This document shows positions 10,037-20,702 of a stretch of DNA of 23,545 nt, one piece after another. This DNA comes from Octopus sinensis (Eukaryota), in the NCBI RefSeq assembly GCF_006345805.1, contig NW_021836572.1:1-23545 (forward strand). Direction: 5' to 3'. The translations under genes were made by a program, and so were the position numbers. The notes beneath the pieces were generated by a model. That model made no database searches and was not told where the DNA came from. It saw only the letters and a list, made by a program, of their open reading frames with translations. Each line of letters begins with the position of its first letter. Position 1 is the first letter of the stretch.

Positions 10037-10660
10037 GTTTGGTCTGGATGCCCCTAAAAAGTCTAAGCTAAGAGCATTGGACCCCTTTGTAAGAAAGCTA
10101 GTGAATGTGTACGGCAACAAAGACAAAAGAAGAAAAATAACGGAGAACATGGTACACAATTACGAATACAAACAACAAGCAATAACAACAGGCGTCTTTC
10201 GGCTGAGAACGAATCAAATTGAGCTGGCGTGTATGGAGTGAAAGCCTAAAGGCAGGAACATAGGAGATGGACACAAGAGGTGTTGGCGGTGGGTAGTCAG
10301 GCGAAGAAAGAAAGATCATGGCTGGCCGGACACCGGTCACGTGGAAGGAGCAGAGATGGCAGCAGGATTGAAGGATTAGAAAAAAAATCAGACAAAGAGA
10401 AAGGTACAATGGAGATAAATGAATGGGAACTAGTGGGAGTTAAAGAAAAAGAGGGCCAAGATATATGAAAGAGGGGAAGCGAGAAGAAAAATGAGAGGGG
10501 GAATAAAAGATAGAGTAAGAGTCTTATCAAATTTAGATACGGATATTTAAACCTCTTATAGGGATATAATTTATAGAAATGAAGACCTTGATGCGTATCC
10601 AAGATACACTGGTTTAATATATTAGATATATTGAAGAGATAGTTCTTCAATGAATATATT

Positions 10661-11584
10661 ATTACATGGAAAAATACGAGCAAGAGAAATAATATTGTTA
10701 ACATTATAAACCTGGAAAATTACAGGACAAGTTATTACACTTCGAAATGTTCGGGACAACTTATCAAATCTGGTAAAGTACAGAACAAGAAAATTTTTAC
10801 TTAAAATATTGCAGCTAAGGATTAAATTTGAATAATAAAAATGATTTGATTTTAATTTACAAAGCAACATTATAATTAAAAATAGGTACCATCATTTTGT
10901 TAAAATATTGACACACTAGAATACTTTAAAAAATGAGAGCCAGAAGTGCCAATATAGCTAGTGTTTTATGCAAAGAAGAATAGTATATATGGCAGGCTAA
11001 TTCATTATGTAGCAAATAGGCATTGGGTCAAGACTACAAATGTGAAGACTTGGCAATAACTTAGGTAATAACTCAAGCAAATTTTACTGTGAATTTGTTG
11101 TTATAGGTAGATTTTACTGTAATATATAACTCATTTTTGTAATATACTATTTATTGTACTAATTATGTACTACTATTATTTTCTATAACCTATTTTCAAA
11201 TTTCTGATTATTAATTAATAATTTAAAAAATGAATTTTTTTAAAGAGCAAAACATTTTAATTGAGTTATTTTTTCCTTTTTAATAGAAGTAACAAGTAAT
11301 AAATAACAGTTATAACTTGTAATAAAATTTTCAGCTTTAATAAAAACTAATATTTTCTAAATCTAAATATTTTATTTGAAATTTTATCCTCAGCTGCAAT
11401 ATTTTAAGTATTTTCTTGTCCTGTACTTTACTAGATGTAATAAGTTGTCCTGAACATTTCCAGGTTTATAATCTTCCAGGTTTATAATCTTTTCCAGGTT
11501 TATAATTTTTCCCAGGTTTATAATTTTTCCATGTTTATAATCTCAAGAATATCATTTCTCATGCTCGCACTTTTTCCATGTAAT
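10661..11584. mobile_element. Fold-back or MITE-like element with ~170-205-bp diverged inverted arms
   Basis: 10661-10829 is an imperfect reverse complement of 11379-11584. The right arm has 5 tandem TTCCAGGTTTATAAT units and the left arm has one. The spacer is AT-rich and ~550 bp. Confidence 0.65.
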
Positions 11585-11649
11585 CCATGTTTTTCCAGGC
11601 TATTCTTTTATGCTAATTAATAACGTGTCAAATGTGTCAATTAGCGGTG

Positions 11650-12475
11650 TCACAATGCCTTGATCGGCCCGAGGCTATAGTAGAAGACACTTGCCCAAGG
11701 TGGCACGCAGTGGGACTGAATCCGGAATCGTGTAGTTGGTAAGCAAGCTACTTTATTTCATAAATATTTGCCATGAAGGCATTACAAAAGGGGGACGAAC
11801 AAGAACAGACAAACATAAAAGGGTGAAGTAGCTGTAGCGATTAAATATTTACAATTTAAAATTTACAATAATTTAATAAATATGTTTATAACTTTTGACT
11901 TAAGCGTTGCTCATTACAAATGAAATTTGTAATGGCGTCTCTGAAGGATAGGCATCCGACCAACAGGGTAGACCCCTTGCTTTTCTTTCCTGTTTTTGGC
12001 TTCCACTTACCTGGTGCTAAACACTCCCAGCTTCCTCGTCACAGGCTTCCATCTTCTCATGAATCTGTCTCGTGACAGGTACCTTTTCTCCAGCCTGATC
12101 TTATTACTGAGGTGATAACTAAAAAAGTTAACCAACCCCTGGCCGGATACAAAGGTACCTGACACTATGCCTCTCACACGCGTCTTCCATACTGTTTCTT
12201 TCAATATGGCTACTACGCAGAAAAAGCAAGCCTTCCTTTCCCTGTTAAGGGCAGGAGGCGGCACAATCTCGATGATAGATTCAGCTGATAGCTGTACTCT
12301 TCCCATCGATGACAACATTTGCTCTGCGAAAACTATCAGTCTCGTTAATTCCGGACACTCCACAAATGCGTGCAAGACGGTTTCCCTGTCCTGCCCGTAC
12401 CTCGGACATGTCGGCGAGACGGCACTTCCGTGCCTTAGTAAGCAAGCTACTTACCACACAGCTACTCCTACGCCT
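11650..12475 (-). mobile_element. Family A SINE (3'-truncated) split by a LINE insertion: 5' head 12438-12475, remainder 11650-11753
   Basis: Removing 11754-12437 and one TSD copy restores GGCGTAGGAGTAGCTGTGTGGTAAGTAGCTTGCTTACCAACTAC, collinear with the SINE at 393. Confidence 0.92.
11754..12437 (-). mobile_element. 5'-truncated Tx1-clade (L1 group) LINE: C-terminal zinc-knuckle region of ORF2 plus 3' UTR
   Basis: Translation SPTCPR(Y)GQDRETVLHAFVECP...ILKETVWKTR...FFSYHLSNKIRLEK...FMRRW matches the CCHC zf-RVT motif and the Tx1-type C-terminus. Stop at 12007, ~250-bp 3' UTR, perfect 15-bp TSD. Confidence 0.85.
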
Positions 12476-13029
12476 ATGATATAGATAAATAAACAAAGTT
12501 AAACGCATTAAGTTCGGAAAACGGTAACTTTTGCAACAGTGATGTTTTGCTTTGCTAGAAATATTCCAGAAAGCAGATACTTAAAAAATCTTCATGACGA
12601 TAGCTGTTACTGTTATTGTTTAGCCCAAGGTCGGCCCTCTTTGGGTAAACTTATGATAAAACGTATTCTGTATGTAATCATACCATCATTTTTCAGGCAG
12701 AGTGTATCAAGGACTACAATATCCAATGTGCTCTGCATTTGTTGCTTTTTTTTTTAGGAAATAGAAAATAATTCGACAGATATTTGGTTGCTCTTTCCAA
12801 GTAATAGATTGTTGTGAGGCTTCCTTATTTGCTCGTAGACTAGTAGTTCGGATCCTAAAAGCATCATACTGGCCCGTCCACGCCTGTCATGCTCTCTGGG
12901 TTCTTTGGATTGTTACAAAGCATGCTGACCCGAAACTTAACAGTTCTCCGTTTCTTGAAGAGGAGAACTCTGTGAGAGATCAAACAACAACGATCCCCTT
13001 ACTGCTCAGTAAAGCCGTCCATGTACGTA

Positions 13030-13067
13030 CGAGTGAGTGAGTGAGTGTGTGTGTATGTGTGTGTGTG

Positions 13068-13117
<50 letters not shown>

Positions 13118-13140
13118 GATAGAAAGAGAGAGAGAAAGAG
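13030..13140. repeat. (GT)n/(GA)n microsatellite
   Basis: Directly visible. Confidence 0.95.
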
Positions 13141-13231
13141 TAAAAGGGAAATAAAAAGAGAAAAAGAAGAATTGGCTTTAGCACTGGTCTGGCCTTTTAT
13201 TTATCGATGCCTAGAGGAACGAATGGTAAAG

Positions 13232-13325
13232 GTGGCCTCAGTGGGGTTTCAACTCAAGATTCAGAGCTAGAGCAATTTCTGCTAGGCTGTATGTCCGGCA
13301 CTCTAACGATTCTGACAAATCGACC
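13232..13325 (-). mobile_element. Degraded family B SINE head
   Basis: TTTCAACTCAAGATT...CGGCACTCTAACGATTCTGACA resembles 7797-7870. Confidence 0.5.
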
Positions 13326-13661
13326 ACCCCTAACGAAATCTAGTGGGGTTATACTTAGCAGTGGGTCTTCAATAACCGCCCGGGGTAGATTCAAAGCCAT
13401 ATGAACGTAATTGGGTAGACTGAATTTGCGCCGTCGAAGGCGTTCCCTCAGTGACTTTCCGGTCGTAGTATATATAGAGTTACATTATTTAGGATTTGCG
13501 GGAACTTTAGGTGCTATTTCTAGTTAGTCGAACGACCTTGGTAAGCTAAAGTTCTCAATTTAATCCTGTTGGAGCAAACCTATGATCAAAAGCATTCCAA
13601 ATGCTGTGACCATCACGCCTTCATTTCGTTTCGAATTAGTAAAAACGCAAGTTCTAGGATT

Positions 13662-13907
13662 CATACGGCTGGTTACCTGGTTTCCATGGTGTTTAAGTGA
13701 CTGAGCTCACAACATTCCCCTGGATATGACGCCAGTCCGCTGCAGGCTTGCTCATCTAGAGCTGAGTGGACTGGAGCAACGTGTAATGAAGTGTTTTGCT
13801 GAAGAGCACAACGCATACCTATTTCGGTCCGGTCCAGTCCAGGAATCGAAACCACGACATCACGATCGTGAGTGCAACGCCCTAACCACCAGGCCACGTG
13901 CCTTCAC
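13662..13907 (-). mobile_element. tRNA-derived CORE-like SINE (family C)
   Basis: Minus strand has A-box TGGCCTGGTGGTTAGG, B-box GGTTTCGATTCC, CORE-like GTTGTGCTCTTCAGCAAAACACTTCA...CCAGTCCACTCAGCT, and tail GGAAACCAGGTAACCAGCC. Confidence 0.8.
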
Positions 13908-14244
13908 CACAGTAAAAGTTGCATTAAAACGTGTGAGGGCATGTATACTTTTAGGAAGATTTGACAGTTATTTTTAGCAAGTCGCTACACCTCAGAAAAG
14001 CTCCCCCTCCGCCCCCATGCAGCCTGTATGCACCTAATTGCAAATGGCACAGTTTGCAGACAGAAATTGTGTGAACTTGCATGGCATCCTGAGATTTCTT
14101 TCAGAAACGAAACTAGAAACCTTATTCTACTTCACCTAAATATGCTAAACTTCATCTTGGAGTAATCTAGACATGGCTAGGATTGTGAATTTGGGGTAAG
14201 CATTGGTTGAAGGCTGGTGATAGTTGAGGGTGAGAGGTGAGAGG

Positions 14245-14413
14245 GAATATATATATAAATGTGTGTGTGTGTGTGTCTGTCTGTATATATATATAAATGT
14301 GTGTGTATATATATATATATAAATGTGTGTGTACATATATATATAAATGTGTATCTGTATATATATATATATATATATATATGTGTGCGTGTATATATGT
14401 ATAAATGTGTGTG

Positions 14414-14482
<69 letters not shown>

Positions 14483-14549
14483 CATATTTATACATATATA
14501 TATATATGTATATATATACATTTATACATATATATATGTATATATATAT

Positions 14550-14593
<44 letters not shown>

Positions 14594-14639
14594 TTATATA
14601 CATACATATATATATATATATAATATATATATATATAAA

Positions 14640-14678
<39 letters not shown>

Positions 14679-14735
14679 GTATGTGTATATACAGAGACAC
14701 ACGCACACACACGCACACACACACATATATATAAA
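14245..14735. repeat. TA/TG/CA compound microsatellite
   Basis: Directly visible. Confidence 0.95.
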
Positions 14736-14809
14736 TAGTATTAAAATACAACAAAAAGTGTAAAACGTTTTGTAAAAGATGGAAAGATGATATTTTAGAG
14801 GAGAAGAGC

Positions 14810-14815
14810 GTATTG

Positions 14816-14847
<32 letters not shown>

Positions 14848-15610
14848 GGACGGTGGGGCCGATGGGACGGTGGGGCAGACACATAAATGGTTTTGTTATC
14901 AGTTTTGGGTAGGTTTGCACTGCAGAACGCACGATCCTCTTGATCGCATATAACATCATTGTCGTCATCAACATTGCTTCACGTCATCGTCGTAATCGAA
15001 ACCGTCAGCATCGTCACAGCCACCGCCCATCACCATCACCACCACCACCACCACCACCACCACCACAACCACCACCACTACCCATTACCTCCACCCCACC
15101 AGCAACAGCGTCACAGTCATGTGCCACCATCTTCACCACCATCACAGTCACCTCCGTTAACCCCTCCCCCTACAAACACACACATCACCACTGCCATCGC
15201 CCGCCACCATCTCCCGTCACCATCGCCCATCACCACCAACGCCACGACGACCACAACCCATCATCATCATCACCCTCACCACAACCAACAACAACAACAC
15301 CGCCAGCGTCACCATCATGTGCCACCATCTTCACCACTATCACCAACACCATCACCTCATCAACATCACCAACACCGTCGTTATCATCGTCATCATCATC
15401 GTCGTCGTCGTCGTCATCATCATCATCATCATCATTGTCGTCGTCATCATCATCATCATCATCATCATCGTCGTCGTCGTCGTCGACGTCGTCGTCATCT
15501 TCATCTTCATCTTCATCATCATCGTCATCATTCCCAACATCATCAACACCGTCGTTATCATCATCATCATCATCTTCATCATCATCATCATCATCATCAT
15601 CATTATAATA
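14810..15610. repeat. Complex triplet tract (GTT/GGT, then CAC/CAT/CGT) with internal higher-order duplications
   Basis: Directly visible. It produces the poly-His, poly-Ser and poly-Ile ORFs. Confidence 0.9.
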
Positions 15611-15737
15611 ACAGTGACAACTCTGTCGCCGTTGTCATCACCATGACCAGGGTTATGTTGGTGACCAACACGATGAATATACGATGGCCACTTTCAGGTT
15701 TTGCGCCTATTTTACAAAGAATTATATAAAAATAATG

Positions 15738-15870
15738 GACTGGCAGAAGTGCGTCGGACAAAAAGGCTTTACATTATGCCATCTGACCCTGTCGAGGTCA
15801 ACTTTGCCATTACGGGCCAAAGCAATGGTATCGACTTAGCCCCCTCCCCTCAAAAAGTTGTTTTTGCGCT
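15738..15870 (+). mobile_element. Degraded family B-like SINE
   Basis: CTGGCAGAAG..GTCGGACAAAA...GTCGAGGTCAACTTTGCC...ATCGACTTAGCCCCCTCCCCTCAAAA follows the family B order with deletions. Confidence 0.55.
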
Positions 15871-16244
15871 GGAAGAGTCGTTTGAGCATTGGACTGAATG
15901 CTCACACCCACTCCGCATTTTGAGATCGAATCCTGTCGCGGTGAAACTGAAGAGATTTGGAGTAGCAAGGTCGTTAGATCGTCGAACAATATACCTTGGT
16001 TTATGTGTAAGTATATATGTATATATATATATATAGGCATATACATATATATATATGTATACTGCGTATATATATATATATATATATATATTTTGTGAAA
16101 TAGAAAGATGAATAATCTTATTGCAGATTAATCAAAAGTTTAACCGATACCTTGGTAGCAAAAATCACAGCAGAAGACAGCACGGTTGGAGGTACAACCA
16201 TATGGTGTTGCGACCGTGCGTTGGTGCGGATAATTGAATTTTAA

Positions 16245-16442
16245 TATTATTAGTGAATTGAAGAAATGGAGTTGAACGAAGATTGAACAGAAATCGTTTT
16301 ATTGCATTCTACACTGTTTTCGAAAGCACAATTTACAAATTCGGAATTGGTAAATGGTGCCTTTCGAAACACGTGTAGAATGCAATAAAACGATTTCTGT
16401 TCAATCTTCGTTCAACTCCATTTCTTCAATTCACTAATAATA
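16245..16442. repeat. 198-bp palindrome with perfect 70-bp outer arms
   Basis: 16245-16314 is the exact reverse complement of 16373-16442. The inner 58 bp is an imperfect palindrome centred on AATTC-G-GAATT. Confidence 0.95.
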
Positions 16443-16455
16443 ATATTATATATAT

Positions 16456-16578
16456 TGCTAAGATGATCTGGTTCTTGACTGATGACTGAGGGCTTCGAAT
16501 GTCCCGTCCTGTGGTTCTTGTGTCGTCTCTGTGGTGTTTCATGTTCTTGTCCATGTCTGTAATATTTTTTACTGTTTA
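16456..16578 (+). repeat. Dispersed repeat copy 2 (Penelope-terminus-like)
   Basis: Aligns with 20727-20830. CTGATGA at 16479, GAA at 16497, GTC at 16506. Confidence 0.55.
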
Positions 16579-16590
16579 CCTATATATATA

Positions 16591-16642
<52 letters not shown>

Positions 16643-17052
16643 CTATCTATAATCTATACTGTACACATTCTTTTATACGTTTAGACCAGAGGTTGTTTCC
16701 ATGCTGGGGCACTGCCAATGTTGTCACCTTTTCAATGGCCATTCTTATGCTACTGGCTTTTGGAAAAGGCGGGGGCTCGACACTGCTGCCTTCTTTTGAT
16801 CCTTCATCAGTTGTCGGCTGTCTATCATTAGAGCATTCTACGTCAATATGATACTTCAAAGACATTTGCTACGATAAATTCTAAAAATTCTGAAATAAAA
16901 TTTAGGATTTATGGAGAGTCAAAGTTGGGAAGAAAAAGATGACAGCGGAGACATACAAGAAACCGAACGAACACAAACATGGAGGGTCGTTAGACCAGAA
17001 CGAGAGGAAAATAGTGAATGCTGTGAGAAACATTTTTGAAAAGAGAAAAGAT

Positions 17053-17091
<39 letters not shown>

Positions 17092-17201
17092 AGAGAGAGA
17101 GAGAGAGGAATCACATTATCCCCCTCTCTCTCTCTATATAATATGTATGTATATATGTATTATATAAATATATATTATATATATATATATATAATATATA
17201 T

Positions 17202-17245
<44 letters not shown>

Positions 17246-17248
<3 letters not shown>

Positions 17249-17430
17249 AGTGGCTATGTAGTAAGAACCTTGCTTCCCAAACACATGGATCTGGGTCATT
17301 CCTACTGAGTGGCACCTTGGGCAAGTGTCTTCTATCATAGCCTCGGGCCGACCAAAGACTTGTGAGTGGATTTGGTAGATGGAAACTGAGAGAAGCCCGT
17401 TGAATCTATCTATCTATCTATCTATCTATA

Positions 17431-17491
<61 letters not shown>

Positions 17492-17725
17492 GTGTGTGTG
17501 TGAGCGTGTGCATAATTGTGTGTCTGTGTTTGCCCTTCTACACTATCGGCTAACGACCGATGTTGGTGTGTTTACGTCTCTGTAACCTAGCGCTTCAGTA
17601 AAAGTAACCGATAGAATATGTACTAGGCTTACAAAGAATAAGTTCTGAGGTCGATTTGCTCGACTAAAGGCTGTGCTCCATCATGGCTGCAGTCAAATGA
17701 CTGAAACAAGTAAAACTGTAAAAGA

Positions 17726-17726
<1 letters not shown>
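17246..17726 (+). mobile_element. Near full-length family A SINE with internal (TATC)n
   Basis: Collinear with 393-796 from head to the CTGAAACAAGTAAAA tail. Confidence 0.92.
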
Positions 17727-17774
<48 letters not shown>

Positions 17775-18469
17775 AACACACACATATATCTATCTATATA
17801 TATATGTAAGTATATATATATATATGTATATACATATACATGTATATATACATATATATATAACATATATAACTAATATATATATATATATATACATATA
17901 TATTACACACACTATATAATTATACATATATATCATACATATATATTATACATACTGCAAGCATTATCTGGGTATAATTTTCTCTATCTCACCTATAGTA
18001 TAATATATATATATATATATATATATCATATATATATATATATATATATATATTGCGTGTGCATATATAAATATTGTGTGTATTGCACACACAAGCACAC
18101 ACAGAAGCATGCGCGCACACACATGTACTGTGTATCGTCAGATAGATACGCATGCTTACTGTGTCAGAAGATGACAATCTACTCAAGTTTCACCGTTGGC
18201 GATCTCCGGCTGAATGCAATCTAAGGAAGAATCTGTGGTATTTACATAATTTGGCGACATTAGACGTATGTTGTTGGGTTGGATGTGTTAATGGTGAAGG
18301 ATTGTTAATTACATATGTAATTCAGAATCTGAATCTATGAGGAAGAATGTGAATGAATATAAAATACTTCGTTTTCGGGAGTGGTGTATACATATATATA
18401 TATATATGCGGGCAGCGGCATCGAACTCCCTTGTTGACCAAGTGCCACTTATGAGAGGTGGATTCACAT

Positions 18470-18546
18470 ACTAATGCAGCTCATTCAGCGGTGGTGCTCC
18501 AGCAGGGCCGCAGCCTTCGGCTGAAACATTTTAAAGGATTTTAAGG
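18470..18546 (+). mobile_element. SINE 3' tail fragment
   Basis: GGTGGTGCTCCAGCAGGGCCGCAGCCTTCGGCTGAAAC carries the shared tail motif. Confidence 0.6.
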
Positions 18547-18559
18547 ATATATATATATT

Positions 18560-18608
<49 letters not shown>

Positions 18609-18869
18609 ATATTATATATATATATATATACATAAATATCGAGGGTAAGAGGTATTGGTGTCAAGATAACCCAAAAAGTATCGGTTAATGCTATGTAAGT
18701 GCTATGGATAGACCGTGGTTAAGCTCCAGGTTCGATAATGTTACGAGTGAGGAGTCCAACGTGGGTCATGTATTAGCATGCTTATATATAAATTGACAGA
18801 ATGAGATAAAAGAAAAATCCAAGGCTGTAAATAGTTTTCAGAACTTATATATATGTATATATATATATA

Positions 18870-19176
18870 TCACGTGATCACGTGACCGACCAGACCATCA
18901 GATGTTGTTACACATCGCTGGTCACAATGCGTTCCCATTGTTTTAGCCTTCGAACGACGCCACTCCGCTAGCTAAGCGAGCAGGCCAACAGAAGAAAGAG
19001 TGAAAGAAAGAGTGGTGAAAGAGTACAGCAGGGATCACCACCCCCTGCCGGAGCTTCGTAGAGCTTTTAAGGAGTTTTCGCTCAATAAACACTCACAACG
19101 CCCGGTCTGAGAATAGAAACCGCGATCCTACTACCGCGAGTCCGCTGCCCTAACCACTGGGCCATTGCACCTCCAC
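18870..19176 (-). mobile_element. Full-length tRNA-derived SINE (family D; probably the tRNA-Arg-related OR type described from octopus)
   Basis: Minus strand reads GTGGAGGTGCAATGGCCCAGTGGTTAGGGCAGCGGACTCGCGG...GGTTTCTATTCTC, with A/B boxes and TCG at the anticodon-like position. The tail ends in TCACGTGATCACGTGA and (TA)n lies on both sides. The family name is from memory. Confidence 0.8.
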
Positions 19177-19267
19177 ATATATATATATATATATATTAAT
19201 ATATAATATATATATATTATATATATATATATATATATAATATATATATATATATTATATATATATA

Positions 19268-19301
<34 letters not shown>

Positions 19302-19372
19302 CTATATATATATATATATATATAATATATATATATATAATATATATCTATATATATATATATATATATATC

Positions 19373-19438
<66 letters not shown>

Positions 19439-19439
<1 letters not shown>

Positions 19440-20633
19440 TGATTGATTGATTGATTGATTCTAGTTCAGCTTATGAGCTGTGGCCATGCTGGGGCACCGC
19501 CATTTGGTGTTGCTACTTGGTTCACTTCATGGAGGCTTCTTCAACTGCTATTTGGTGCATGAGAGAGTTCGATGCAGCTGCCCTGCATCTGCCCCTCCTG
19601 CCGTGAAGTTGTTCATCTGGGACACCTGACAGGAAGAGATCCAGCTCCATTTGAAAGACATCTGTATCCACCCCATGCAGGTCTCTCAGGTTCTTCGGAG
19701 GATATTGAAGATCTGTGGCCTCGGAAGCCCAGGCTATCACAGAATCTTGTCCTACATCTTGATGGCAAGTTTGGAGTCCTAGGACACCACGCAGTGCGCC
19801 CAGTTCTGGCATTGCGTAACTCTCGATGCCAAAGTTCAGGACACTTCCCTCCAGATCTTCCAGATGTATATTATGGCATATCTTTCCCGCCTACGCTCCA
19901 GGGAATATAATTTTAATCTCTTGAGTCTTCCCAGTAGCTTACATTCTGCATAGAGGCTATCTTCTTCGTGTAGCTTCCGTTGGATCGCCTCAAGTTCTGT
20001 GATCAACTTGACACTGGATGGTGACCATAGCTGAGAGCAATAGTCCAAGTGGCTTAGGACAAGTGTCTTCTAGAGGACCATCATGGTTTCTTGTTCTCTT
20101 GTTCTAAAGGTTCTAAGATCCATCCAGCCAGCCGTCTGCATTTCATTGTCAGTTTAGCAACATGTACATGAAGGTCGCGTCATCACTCATGTGAATACCC
20201 AAGTCACGCACTGATTGTGCCTCTGGGATTGCAATCCCTCGGTCCAGTGTATTTATTGGGTATTGCATTCAGTTTTGCATGCTGATAGTATAAACCTTGA
20301 AACTTTTCAGCATTGAACTGCATGCTATTCTTTTCAGCCCACTTGTATATTTCGTCCAGCTCACATTGCAGGCGTTTAGTGTTTCAGGGTCTGTATTGCC
20401 TGTGAAACTTTTGTATCATCTGCATAACTTGTGATCGTGGCTCTCCGCGTGGCTGAGGGCATGTCTGAGAGGGCCATTATGAACAGTAGTGGTCCCAAAA
20501 GTCCCGTGTGAACATCGCTCACTATTTGCGTTCTAATGGAAGTGGCCCCATTGGCTGCTACCACCTGACTTCTATTCTTCAGAAAGTCATGAAGCCTTTC
20601 CTAGTTTTCCAACTATGCCAAGATCACGCAGTT
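19439..20633 (-). mobile_element. 5'-truncated CR1-group LINE: RT domain C-terminal half (pseudogene), 3' UTR and (AATC)n tail
   Basis: Translation gives LHDFLKNRSQVV, LGPLLFIMALSDMP, SYADDTKV, DYCSQLWSP, LEAIQR and LKLYSLERRRERYAIIYIWKI, with frameshifts. The (GATT)n tail on the + strand is at 19439-19460. Confidence 0.9.
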
Positions 20634-20645
20634 TATATATATATA

Positions 20646-20683
<38 letters not shown>

Positions 20684-20702
20684 TATATATATATATGAAG
20701 CA

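Noticed and set aside
9972-10241. 89-aa ORF after an acceptor-like tract
   Set aside because: It overlaps the antisense strand of a dispersed repeat and has no recognisable homology.
16939-17060. HGGSLDQNERKIVNAVRNIFEK resembling a transposase N-terminus
   Set aside because: Too short and vague, runs into (GA)n, and has no TIR or downstream domain.
393-19176. tRNA genes suggested by A/B boxes (393, 6026, 7800, 13850, 17246, 19100)
   Set aside because: None forms a full cloverleaf, and each continues into SINE body or tail sequence.
19177-19440. Irregularly interrupted (TA)n tracts as a possible patterned code
   Set aside because: Single-base dropouts are typical of slippage or long-read consensus error.
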